Source: a virus
Lineage: Duplodnaviria; Caudoviricetes
IMG/VR virus record: IMGVR_UViG_3300020450_000024
Span: 1 to 60,096 of that record
Strand: one strand, 5' to 3'
DNA: 60,096 bases
The translations under genes were made by a program, and so were the position numbers. Below are positions 26,419 to 35,829 of this stretch, piece by piece (the first letter of the stretch is position 1; each line of letters opens with the position of its first letter). The notes under the pieces are model-generated. The model was not told where the DNA came from. It made no database searches and saw only the letters and a list, made by a program, of their open reading frames with translations.

Positions 26419-29262
26419 ATGAGTCTTGGAAGAATATCCGGTCCGCTTTTAAAAAGCAATTTAGAAAGACAGTCAGATTTAGCAATAGAAACTAATCTAT
26501 TGTACATAGGTCATACTGACGGTAAGATCGGTATTAAAACTGTTACTCGCCCAAGAAACTTTACTATTGATGGTACTGCAAAATTTAGAAATACAACAGC
26601 AGGACAACCAGATTTATATCTTAATAATTCATTAAATTTAGGAAATTTAACAGTAAGTACAAACGGTATTGATAGTTTAACAGGATCTATATTTTTAAAT
26701 TCTGCACAAGACATTACAGTTGGTGGATTAGCAACTAATCAAATCAAAATCACTGGCAATCAAATTTCTACTTACAACACAAATAGCAATATAGACATTC
26801 GTCCAAACGGTACAGGTACAAACGAAATTGTAACAGCAGGTAAAACTGTTACTGTTGATGGTAGCACACACGCAACAGGTAATATTACTTTTGATGGCAG
26901 TGTAATTATTGCTGGTACAGGTGACGAAGATAACTTTACAATTAACGCAGACATAGTTGGTGACCTAATACCTGATGTAGATAACACATATGAATTAGGA
27001 ACAACTGCAAAACGTATGAGTTTATATGCAGAAGAAATTACAACTAATAGTGTTTTTACAGAAAATTTAATTTACCAAGGAATTAATTTAACTTTACGTG
27101 TAGGAAACATATATGTTGCAACAAATGGATTAGATACAAATGTTGGTGATACAGTTCAAGGTCCTGTAAGAACAATTCAAAAAGCATTGAGCATTGCAAC
27201 AGCAGGACAAGTAATTAATATCGAACCAGGTGAATATGAAGAAGTATTTCCTATGGTAGTTCCAGCAGGAGTAACAATAAAAGGAAGAGATTTAAGAAAT
27301 TGTATTGTAAAACCTACCGCGGCAACTAATGACAAAGATGCTTTCTTAATAGACGGTGAAACAACTGTAACAGATTTAACAATAAAAGACTTTTACTATA
27401 ACAGTACAGACAATACAGGATACGCATTCCGCTTTAGAAGTGGTGCAAAGGTTACGTCAAGGTCGCCTTACATTATGAATTGTACCGTTATAACAAAAGG
27501 TAGTGTTACAAGTGCAAGTGATCCTAGAGGTTTTGCCCAAGGAGATGCAGGTAAAGGAGTTTATGTTGACGGAGAAGTTTGTGATCATGATACAAATGAA
27601 GCAAGTATGCTATTTCATGCCGCAACTTTTATTACTCCGGGTGTTGATGCACTTACAATGACTAACGGAGTAAGAGTTGAATGGTTAAATTGTTTTACAT
27701 ACTTTGCAAATAGAGGAATATATGCAATAAATGGGCCAGGAAGATGGAGAAGTGATTCTGTTTTAATAAAAGGTGCAGAAATAAGATCAATCGGTAGTGC
27801 CTGTGTATATGGAAATATAGGTGCAGAAGCCGATGGTGCCAACTGTTTGATGTATTTGATACAACATAACATGGCTTACGTTGGTGCAGGAAAAGAAGTT
27901 ACTAATGATAAAACTTTAATTCAACAAGCAAACGAAGTTGTAGAAGCAAATAGCGGAAATGTTTACTATCAGACTGTTGATCAAAGTGGAAATTTTAGAG
28001 TAGGTGATGACTTTTTTATTGATTTCGAAAACGGAACTACAAGCATAGATACAAGTTCTATTGCAGGAGGTTTAACAAGTCTAAAAATTACAACAGGTAC
28101 AGCAGAAACTTTTATAGATGGTTCAAAAGTACAAACAGGAAACATAAGAATTAAAAGTCCAAACACAGTTTCTAGTATTACAGGTGATATTACTTTTAAC
28201 AGTATAACAGGAACACATAATATTAATACAAGTGTAACTGCTCCTGCAATTACAACAGGCGGAAATGTAACTTTAGCAGGATCTTTAATTAAGTTAGGTG
28301 ATGATCCAGGAGATACTATTGACTTTAACACTCCATTTGCACAAGATTTAAAACCTAATCAAAACATGGTTTACAATTTAGGAAGTTCAAGTAAACGTTG
28401 GCTTACAAGTAACTTGTCACAAACTTTTGTAGATGACTTTAGAATTTATGATAATGTTATAGAACAAACTTCAACAAACGCAAATATAGAATTAAATCCA
28501 CAAGGCGCAGGAAAAGTTGTGTTTGACGATATTACAGCAGATCAAAATACAATAGCAAGTACTAATAATCAAGATATTAGACTTAATGCAAATGATTCAT
28601 TTACTATTTCAGCAACAGGATCAGCAAAATTACCATCAGGTAGTACTGCACAAAGAAAAAATACTCTTGCAGATCTAAGATACAATGCTACGTTTGGAGA
28701 ATTTGAAGGAAATAACGGCGGTACAGTGTATTTTCCTACAATGCGTGATAGTGATAGAGATACTTACATTAATTTAAATGATAATCAGTTTAGATTTGTT
28801 ACAGATAATCAGCAAAATACACTATTAAATCAACACATATTGCAAACAAACAAATTTACAAGTGATAATAAGTTTAGCATTGATGGAAATACAATTACAT
28901 CTGCTACACCTGATGCAGATATTAACTTTTTTGCTAATGGTACAGGTGGAATACCGTTTGAAGACATAGAATTTAAAGGGCAAACTGTAACAAATAAACT
29001 TAACAGTCCATTTACGTTTGGACTTGCAGATGTTTATAGTTATTTGAAGTTTGATAATCCTTATGGACTTGTAATACCAAACGGTGTAGATGCAAATAGA
29101 CCAACTAGTCCTGAGCAAGGTACTACACGTTGGAACCAAGATAAAGGATATTTAGAAACTTGGAACGGAACGCAGTGGGTTTTAGCGGCGGGCGGTGGTG
29201 CATCTGTGACGCAAGAATACGCAGAAGATATAAACTTTTTGTGGGCAACTTTACTAGGCTAA
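26419..29262 (+). CDS. Fibre protein with a central pectin-lyase-like beta-helix, paralogue A1
   Basis: IYVATNGLDTN.G...PVRTIQKAL...IEPGEYEE.FP beta-helix start, flanked by shaft repeats (LIPDVDNTYELG; LPSGSTAQR). Confidence 0.7.
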   Translation: MSLGRISGPLLKSNLERQSDLAIETNLLYIGHTDGKIGIKTVTRPRNFTIDGTAKFRNTTAGQPDLYLNNSLNLGNLTVSTNGIDSLTGSIFLNSAQDITVGGLATNQIKITGNQISTYNTNSNIDIRPNGTGTNEIVTAGKTVTVDGSTHATGNITFDGSVIIAGTGDEDNFTINADIVGDLIPDVDNTYELGTTAKRMSLYAEEITTNSVFTENLIYQGINLTLRVGNIYVATNGLDTNVGDTVQGPVRTIQKALSIATAGQVINIEPGEYEEVFPMVVPAGVTIKGRDLRNCIVKPTAATNDKDAFLIDGETTVTDLTIKDFYYNSTDNTGYAFRFRSGAKVTSRSPYIMNCTVITKGSVTSASDPRGFAQGDAGKGVYVDGEVCDHDTNEASMLFHAATFITPGVDALTMTNGVRVEWLNCFTYFANRGIYAINGPGRWRSDSVLIKGAEIRSIGSACVYGNIGAEADGANCLMYLIQHNMAYVGAGKEVTNDKTLIQQANEVVEANSGNVYYQTVDQSGNFRVGDDFFIDFENGTTSIDTSSIAGGLTSLKITTGTAETFIDGSKVQTGNIRIKSPNTVSSITGDITFNSITGTHNINTSVTAPAITTGGNVTLAGSLIKLGDDPGDTIDFNTPFAQDLKPNQNMVYNLGSSSKRWLTSNLSQTFVDDFRIYDNVIEQTSTNANIELNPQGAGKVVFDDITADQNTIASTNNQDIRLNANDSFTISATGSAKLPSGSTAQRKNTLADLRYNATFGEFEGNNGGTVYFPTMRDSDRDTYINLNDNQFRFVTDNQQNTLLNQHILQTNKFTSDNKFSIDGNTITSATPDADINFFANGTGGIPFEDIEFKGQTVTNKLNSPFTFGLADVYSYLKFDNPYGLVIPNGVDANRPTSPEQGTTRWNQDKGYLETWNGTQWVLAAGGGASVTQEYAEDINFLWATLLG

Positions 29263-29299
29263 AAAGAACTGCTTACTTAACTACTTTACCAAAATCACA

Positions 29300-29422
29300 T
29301 AAATAATAGTAATGCAACAATGGCCGACCAAGCCGTTGCAGGACAAACCGTGGTTAACCAGCGATTGGGAAGGTCAAAACAGGTTAGAGGGACATAAGTG
29401 ATCCCCGTGTTAGGAGAATAAG
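29300..29422 (+). promoter_or_regulatory. Late promoter plus structured ~110-nt 5' leader
   Basis: TAAATA at 29300-29305; GC-rich leader with several helices ending next to the AGGAG RBS; GTG start. Confidence 0.55.
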
Positions 29423-32400
29423 GTGGCAGTTGGTCGTATTTCGGGTCCACTCTTAAAGTCAAATCTATTGCGTAATGGCGTAGATCTGGCATTTGAGACA
29501 GACCTATTATATCTAGATGTAAATAATAGCCGAGTAGGTATAAAAACCACTAGTCCTCAGCACCCATTAGACGTCAACGGTTCAGCAAGAATTACAGATT
29601 TAGATATTTTAACTCCTAACTTACCAATAGGAAATTTAACTATCGATGGAACTACAAACACAATTAGCACCACTGCTAATAGTTTAAACATCGGTACTCC
29701 AAACGCAGTAGTATATCAAAACAAGATTGTAGTTGACAATATTACACTTGATGGCAATGTAATCCAAGCAACTGATGTAAATGGTAATTTAGAATTCAGA
29801 CCACAAGGTACTGGTACAGTAAACTTCTTTGGTGATACTAATATTACAGGTAATTTACACGCAACAGGTAACATAAGTGCTGACGGAAACATAACAATAG
29901 GTGATGCAGACACTGACACACTTACTATTAATGCGGATATTGCCGGCGATTTAATACCAGATGTAACAAACACTTACGATATAGGTACAACAACTAAACG
30001 TTGGAAACATGGTTACATTAATAATCTTAACACTACAACATTAAATTCAGCAAGTATAACACTTTCAGGTATTGACCTTGTAAGCACTCCTGGTAATTTG
30101 TACTATGTTGGTACAAATGGTGATGATACTAAAACAGGAAATCACCCACAAGATCCATATGCCACAGTTGCAAAAGCATTATCAGTAGCAACAGCAGGTG
30201 ATACAGTTTACATTTATCCAGGAACTTACCAAGAAGCATTTCCTTTAACAATACCAGCGGGTGTTGCCGTAAAAGGTACAGGTTTACGTTCTGTAAAAAT
30301 TACTCCAACAGCAGTAACAAATACAAATGATGCATTTTTACTAAATGGAGAATCTACAGTTGAAGATTTAACAGTTGCAGACTACTATTATGACTCAGTA
30401 AATGATACAGGTTACGCATTTAAGTTTGCAAACAATATGACTGTAACTTCAAGATCTCCATATCTAAGAAATTTAACAGTTTTAACAAAAGGTTCTGTAA
30501 CTTCAGCAAGTGATCCTAGAGGATTTGATCAAGGAGATGCAGGTAAAGGTGCATTTTTAGATGGATCAGTTGTTAATAGTTCTAGCAGAGAAGCAGGTTG
30601 TTTATTTCACGCAGTAACATTTATTACTCCGGCGCAAAATGCCTTGCATATTAAAAACGGAACTAGAGTTGAATGGTTAAATTCATTTACATATTTTGCT
30701 GACAAAGGTATATTAGCAGAAAATGGCACAACTGGTTTGTATGGTGCAGGTAAAACTAAAGTAAAATTAAGAGATATTTCAGGAACATTTACAGCAGGAC
30801 AAAGTTTTTCTTACTTTGAAGGTGGAACATTAAGAGCATCAGGAACTATTGCAAGTGTAGATGGTGCGTATGTATTCTTAACAGGTAACATTGCTAACTT
30901 AATAGAAGCAGGTGCAAGGGTTGGTAAGTCAGTTACTGCTAATGGTAATGCACAAATAGACACTGCAATTAAAAAGTTTGGTCAAGGTTCAGTACTATTA
31001 GACGGAACAGATGATTATCTTTCAATAGCATCTAATGATGACTTTGGTTTTGGTACAGGAGACTTTGCATTTGAAGGTTGGATTTACTGTACAAACATTT
31101 CAGGCAACAGAACATTGTTTGATTTTAGAGGAGGTGCAGACGGAGACACAGCACCAACAGTAGAAATAAATGGATCAGGTGCAGTAAATTACCTAGTAGG
31201 CGGCACTCAACAAATTACAGGCGGAACTGTTGTTGTGAATACATGGCATCACATTGCAGTTTCTAGATTAAGTGGAGTCACAAGATTATTTTTAGACGGT
31301 GCAAAAATAGGAAGTGATTATAACGATACAAACAATTACGGAACAACTAAACCTTTAACAATAGGTGCAAGTCATGATGGCACAGAAGACTTTATAGGAC
31401 ACTTTGACGATATTAGAGTTTCTTCTATTAGTAGATACAGTGGTAACTTTACAGCACCAACGGCAGAAGTTGCTAATGACGAATACGTAAAATTAGTTTT
31501 AAGATTTAACGATCAAACAGATGGTAGTACAACATTTACTGATGATGGAATATATGAACAAGATATTAGATGTGGTAATGGTGCAACTGCTAAATTTATG
31601 GACTTGGTTGACTACACAGACTTTGGTGGAGAAATAAGATCAATAGCAAGTGCTTGTATCTACGGAAACTATGGAGCATATGGTAACGGTAATGGTGTAA
31701 CAATGTACCTAATTGGTACAAACTTTGCGTACATAGGTTTAGGAAAAGAAGTAGATAATGATCCAACACAGGTAATTCAAGCACAAGAAACTACAGAACT
31801 AAATGGTGCAAGAGTTTATTTCAACTCAGTTGACCACAAAGGTGATTTTAGAGTTGGTGACTTATTCCATGTTGACCAACAAACTGGTACTGTAAACTTT
31901 ACAAATGCAAACTTTAACATTGACACAACAACTGGTGTTACTTTTACAGATGGATCAAGCACAACAAACATTGATGGATCAAAAGTACAAACAGGAAACG
32001 TAAAATTAAGTTCAAACATTGTTGAATCTCTTTCAGGAGACTTAAACATTGATGCTAGTGGTAAAGTAAATTTTAATGACAACGTTAACATCACAGGAAA
32101 CTTAGATGTATCAGGTGATTTAACAATAGGTGGTAACATTACAATTGGTGATGCGGCATCGGATACAATACAAATTACAGCAGGAATTGAAAGTGACCTT
32201 GTACCAAGTGTTGATGGAGTTTACAATTTAGGTTCTGCAACAAAGCAATGGTCAAATTTACATACAGGAAGATTAAATGTAGATAGCATATCAATAGATG
32301 ACAACTATATTACAACTACAGATTCTAATTCAAACTTAGAACTTAGAGCAAATGGTACAGGTGATGTTGTTATTGATGATTTAAGATTCAACACAAATAC

Positions 32401-33136
32401 AATTAGAAATATATCAGGCGATTTAATATTAGATCCTGCTTCAGAAACAATACATTTTGATAGCACAGGAAGTATAAGATTGCCAAGTGGTACTACTGCA
32501 CAAAGACCAGGTACTCCAACTGTTGGTATGATTAGATACAACACAGATACAAATGTATTTGAAGGATACGATGGTAATTGGATAGCATTGAATGGATTGT
32601 ATGACTTAGACCAAGATACATATATTTCACCAGAAGCAACACCAGGCACAGATGATGACACACTAAAATTCTATGCTGGTGGTACATTGGTTGCTTCTGC
32701 AACAAAAGATAGATTTGATATACCAAAATTAAGTGTAGATGACATTGAAATTACTGGAGATACTATCACAACTACCGTAACTAATGGTGATTTAAACCTA
32801 GTTGCTAACGGTACAGGTGGTGTCAACGTAGAAAACTTTAGTTTTAATGCAAATACGATAACTAATAATATAAGTGGTGGTGTAACAACACTGGCACAAA
32901 CAGGCACAGGATATTTCAAAATTGAAGGCTCAGGTGGTTTCGTAATACCAACAGGGGACAACTTTAACAGACACCCGTCCCCAGTACTAGGAATGATGAG
33001 ATTTAACACTGCTGACGATAGAGTAGAAATATACGATGCAAGTAACAACTGGGTTTCAGTTGCAGGTAGTTCAGGTGCAGTTTCGGCCTTGGACGCAGAA
33101 AATATTGCAATCCAGACTGCGATTATAATGGGATAA
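29423..33136 (+). CDS. Fibre protein with beta-helix and inserted LamG/ConA domain, paralogue A2
   Basis: N-terminus near-identical to 26419 (GRISGPLLKSNL); KFGQGSVLLDG..DYL...GTGDFAFEGW...WHHIAVSR...GHFDDIRVS is a LamG-like domain. Confidence 0.75.
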   Translation: MAVGRISGPLLKSNLLRNGVDLAFETDLLYLDVNNSRVGIKTTSPQHPLDVNGSARITDLDILTPNLPIGNLTIDGTTNTISTTANSLNIGTPNAVVYQNKIVVDNITLDGNVIQATDVNGNLEFRPQGTGTVNFFGDTNITGNLHATGNISADGNITIGDADTDTLTINADIAGDLIPDVTNTYDIGTTTKRWKHGYINNLNTTTLNSASITLSGIDLVSTPGNLYYVGTNGDDTKTGNHPQDPYATVAKALSVATAGDTVYIYPGTYQEAFPLTIPAGVAVKGTGLRSVKITPTAVTNTNDAFLLNGESTVEDLTVADYYYDSVNDTGYAFKFANNMTVTSRSPYLRNLTVLTKGSVTSASDPRGFDQGDAGKGAFLDGSVVNSSSREAGCLFHAVTFITPAQNALHIKNGTRVEWLNSFTYFADKGILAENGTTGLYGAGKTKVKLRDISGTFTAGQSFSYFEGGTLRASGTIASVDGAYVFLTGNIANLIEAGARVGKSVTANGNAQIDTAIKKFGQGSVLLDGTDDYLSIASNDDFGFGTGDFAFEGWIYCTNISGNRTLFDFRGGADGDTAPTVEINGSGAVNYLVGGTQQITGGTVVVNTWHHIAVSRLSGVTRLFLDGAKIGSDYNDTNNYGTTKPLTIGASHDGTEDFIGHFDDIRVSSISRYSGNFTAPTAEVANDEYVKLVLRFNDQTDGSTTFTDDGIYEQDIRCGNGATAKFMDLVDYTDFGGEIRSIASACIYGNYGAYGNGNGVTMYLIGTNFAYIGLGKEVDNDPTQVIQAQETTELNGARVYFNSVDHKGDFRVGDLFHVDQQTGTVNFTNANFNIDTTTGVTFTDGSSTTNIDGSKVQTGNVKLSSNIVESLSGDLNIDASGKVNFNDNVNITGNLDVSGDLTIGGNITIGDAASDTIQITAGIESDLVPSVDGVYNLGSATKQWSNLHTGRLNVDSISIDDNYITTTDSNSNLELRANGTGDVVIDDLRFNTNTIRNISGDLILDPASETIHFDSTGSIRLPSGTTAQRPGTPTVGMIRYNTDTNVFEGYDGNWIALNGLYDLDQDTYISPEATPGTDDDTLKFYAGGTLVASATKDRFDIPKLSVDDIEITGDTITTTVTNGDLNLVANGTGGVNVENFSFNANTITNNISGGVTTLAQTGTGYFKIEGSGGFVIPTGDNFNRHPSPVLGMMRFNTADDRVEIYDASNNWVSVAGSSGAVSALDAENIAIQTAIIMG

Positions 33137-33140
33137 ATGA

Positions 33141-33470
33141 ATGGCAACGTTTTTTAAAAATAAAGTAATTAAAGATGTAGGAAAACAAGCAGTAGAAGTT
33201 TATACTACTGGTGTTTCTACGAAGACTACTGTAATTGGACTTTCACTTTGTAACTTAACTGCAAGTGTGATTTCAGTTAGCATTTTAATAAGTGATGACA
33301 CATCAGTTACAGGCTATTATCTCAAAGATGTACTTGTACCACCTAACTCAACATTAAAAGCATTGAACGGTGGTGAAAAATTAGTATTGCCTGCAACAAA
33401 TATTTTATATGCACAAAGTAACATTGATGCTAGTTTAGATGTCATCATGAGTTACGTGGAGATTGTATAA
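33141..33470 (+). CDS. Small beta-sandwich fibre adaptor, paralogue 2
   Basis: VYT...TVIGLSLCN...GGEKLVL...DVIMSYVEI. Confidence 0.6.
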   Translation: MATFFKNKVIKDVGKQAVEVYTTGVSTKTTVIGLSLCNLTASVISVSILISDDTSVTGYYLKDVLVPPNSTLKALNGGEKLVLPATNILYAQSNIDASLDVIMSYVEIV

Positions 33471-33931
33471 TGGCAGGGTCATTTTATGTTGGACCTAATC
33501 CAAGCGACTTAATCTTTGACGGATTAGGCGAAAGATTCTTTTACGGTTTGAGAAGAACTGATGATGGAGAATTATTTCTTGCGAAGATTGACCAACTTGG
33601 AAGTGACTCTTTAATTATAAACAAGTCTGGAGATCCAGTAAAAAATTATCCAGACTTTGAAGAAGGACATGAATTTTTTGATGGTAGAGATATCAATCAT
33701 AATTTAGTATATGAAAATTTAAACTATGAACAGTTTAGATGGGACGATGCGAATTTAGTTTACTACATTAATGATGAGGGTGAACTAGTGGTGCGTGTCA
33801 ACCAAGATGCAGACGCAGGTGCTATCAGTTATGCTGATACATCTGAAGAAGAAGATACAGGTGTATCAACAGGTTGGGACGAAACAGGATTTACATTTGA
33901 TAACAACAGTTTGACATACGATAAAACATAG
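33470..33931 (+). CDS. Structural protein, paralogue B1
   Basis: FFYGLRRTDDGEL...YENLNYEQFRWDD..YYINDEGELVVRVN, shared with 35415. Confidence 0.65.
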   Translation: MAGSFYVGPNPSDLIFDGLGERFFYGLRRTDDGELFLAKIDQLGSDSLIINKSGDPVKNYPDFEEGHEFFDGRDINHNLVYENLNYEQFRWDDANLVYYINDEGELVVRVNQDADAGAISYADTSEEEDTGVSTGWDETGFTFDNNSLTYDKT

Positions 33932-33943
33932 GAGCAGAGACAG

Positions 33944-35404
33944 ATGGCAAAACAAGCAGTTAACACAGGTGTTCTTCCAAATGATGGACAAGGGGATAAC
34001 CTACGTTCAGGTGCTGTAAAGATTAATAATAACTTTACTGAACTTTATACAGCACTAGGAGATGGAAGCAACCTTACAACGGTAAACAATGGTGTATTTA
34101 ATAGTGCGCCTGCGTTATCGACAGGAAGTAATAAAATAACATTTAAGTACACAGCATTTAGTGACTTACCTTCAGCAACAACATACGATGGTATGTTAGG
34201 AAAAGTAACTAACGATAGTTCTGTTTACTATGCAAATAACAATGCATGGGTAAAACTTTTAGATGTTAACAAGACCATCGGTGATTTGTCAAATGTCTCA
34301 AATACTGCTCCGACAAATGGCGATAGTCTTGTATGGGATCAAAGTTTAGGCTCATGGAAACCAGATGCAGTAACAGGTGGCGGTGGTTCGGCTAATTTTA
34401 CAGGATTATCTGACACTCCAGGAAGTTTTTCAACACATGGTGGTAAGATGATTAGAGTTAATTCTGGTGCAACAGCATTAGAATTTTCAACAGCGGTTAC
34501 AGCCTCAGAAGTTGCAAATATATCAATTGATGCTTTAAGTGATGTTGATACAACAACATCTGCTCCAAGTACTGGACAAGTTTTAAAATGGGACGGGGCA
34601 AAATGGGCACCAGCGGCTGACGTAACATCAGGCGGTGGCGGAACTGATGCTGATACACTTGATGGCCAAGATGGATCATACTACTTAAACTATAACAACT
34701 TTACAAACACACCAACACTGTTTGGTGGTGCTTTCTTAAACTTATCTGATACACCAGGTGCGTTTACAGGAGCGGCAAATAGATTTGTAAAAGTAAAAGC
34801 AGATGGAACAGGTTTAGAATTTGTAGCGGACCAATCAACAGATCAAAACTTATTTGCAACAGTGGCCGGTGATTCAGGATCAACTACTGCAAACAGTTTA
34901 ACAGACACATTAACTATTGCAGGCGGAGCCAATATTGCAACGTCAGTGACAGGTGATACACTTACAGTTGCTTTCAACGGAACACTAGGTGCAACTACTT
35001 TAGGTGCTTTATCAGATGTTGATACAGCAGGTGCGGTTGCAGGTAGTAGCATTTTTTATGATGGATCTAGTTGGGACATACAAAACGGACCAAAAATATC
35101 ATGGACAATTGGAGCCAATGGTGCAAGTGATTATACTTTTAGTGGTCCAGGATTTCCAACAACTGCAAACGATCCAGTGATTTACTTAATGCGTGGAATG
35201 ACATACGTGTTTATTAATACAACTGGAGCAAATCACCCATTTGAAATTAGAACAACAAATGGTGGATCTGCATATACTAGTGGTATTACAGGAAGTAAAA
35301 ATGGTACACAATATTTTACGGTACCTATGGGTGCACCAAATACACTTTATTACCAATGTACAATACACCCAAACATGGGTAACACGATTAATATAGTAAC
35401 GTAA
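33944..35404 (+). CDS. Fibre/baseplate connector with a gp9/gp10-like N-terminus and a C-terminal cupredoxin-like domain
   Basis: NTGVLPNDGQGDNLRSGAVKINNNFTELY; LSDV...P..GQVLKWDG repeats; HPF...YYQCTIHPNMG. Confidence 0.7.
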   Translation: MAKQAVNTGVLPNDGQGDNLRSGAVKINNNFTELYTALGDGSNLTTVNNGVFNSAPALSTGSNKITFKYTAFSDLPSATTYDGMLGKVTNDSSVYYANNNAWVKLLDVNKTIGDLSNVSNTAPTNGDSLVWDQSLGSWKPDAVTGGGGSANFTGLSDTPGSFSTHGGKMIRVNSGATALEFSTAVTASEVANISIDALSDVDTTTSAPSTGQVLKWDGAKWAPAADVTSGGGGTDADTLDGQDGSYYLNYNNFTNTPTLFGGAFLNLSDTPGAFTGAANRFVKVKADGTGLEFVADQSTDQNLFATVAGDSGSTTANSLTDTLTIAGGANIATSVTGDTLTVAFNGTLGATTLGALSDVDTAGAVAGSSIFYDGSSWDIQNGPKISWTIGANGASDYTFSGPGFPTTANDPVIYLMRGMTYVFINTTGANHPFEIRTTNGGSAYTSGITGSKNGTQYFTVPMGAPNTLYYQCTIHPNMGNTINIVT

Positions 35405-35414
35405 GGAGAGTTAG

Positions 35415-35783
35415 GTGAGTGCTTTTAGTGTAGGAAATAACATACAAACTGTAAATGCAACTGTCAAAGGTGCAAGATATTTTTATGGTTTGAGAAGAAC
35501 TGACGATGGTGACTTGTATCTAATTAAAGCAGATGCTTTAAAAACTACAGACGGTGTACAAGTTAACAAGCCAGGCGATCCTATACAAAATTTACCAGAC
35601 TTTCAAAGAGGAATAGAGTTCTTTTCAGGTAGAGACGAAGAACACAACAAGGTGTATGAAAACTTGAATTATGAACAATACAGATGGGATGACAGAAGTT
35701 TGTTCTATTATGTTGATGATGAGGGTCAACTTGTTGTCAGAGTAAATGAACAATACAATTATCCTGATGGAGTAAGTCCATAA
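35415..35783 (+). CDS. Structural protein, paralogue B2
   Basis: YFYGLRRTDDGDL...YENLNYEQYRWDD; GTG start after AAGGAG. Confidence 0.65.
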   Translation: MSAFSVGNNIQTVNATVKGARYFYGLRRTDDGDLYLIKADALKTTDGVQVNKPGDPIQNLPDFQRGIEFFSGRDEEHNKVYENLNYEQYRWDDRSLFYYVDDEGQLVVRVNEQYNYPDGVSP

Positions 35784-35793
35784 TGTACAACGA

Positions 35794-35799
35794 TAAATA
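35794..35799 (+). promoter_or_regulatory. Late promoter (CGATAAATA)
   Basis: Intergenic TAAATA before 35830. Confidence 0.7.
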
Positions 35800-35829
35800 C
35801 ATTAAATTAAGTGAAAGAGTTCAGAACTA

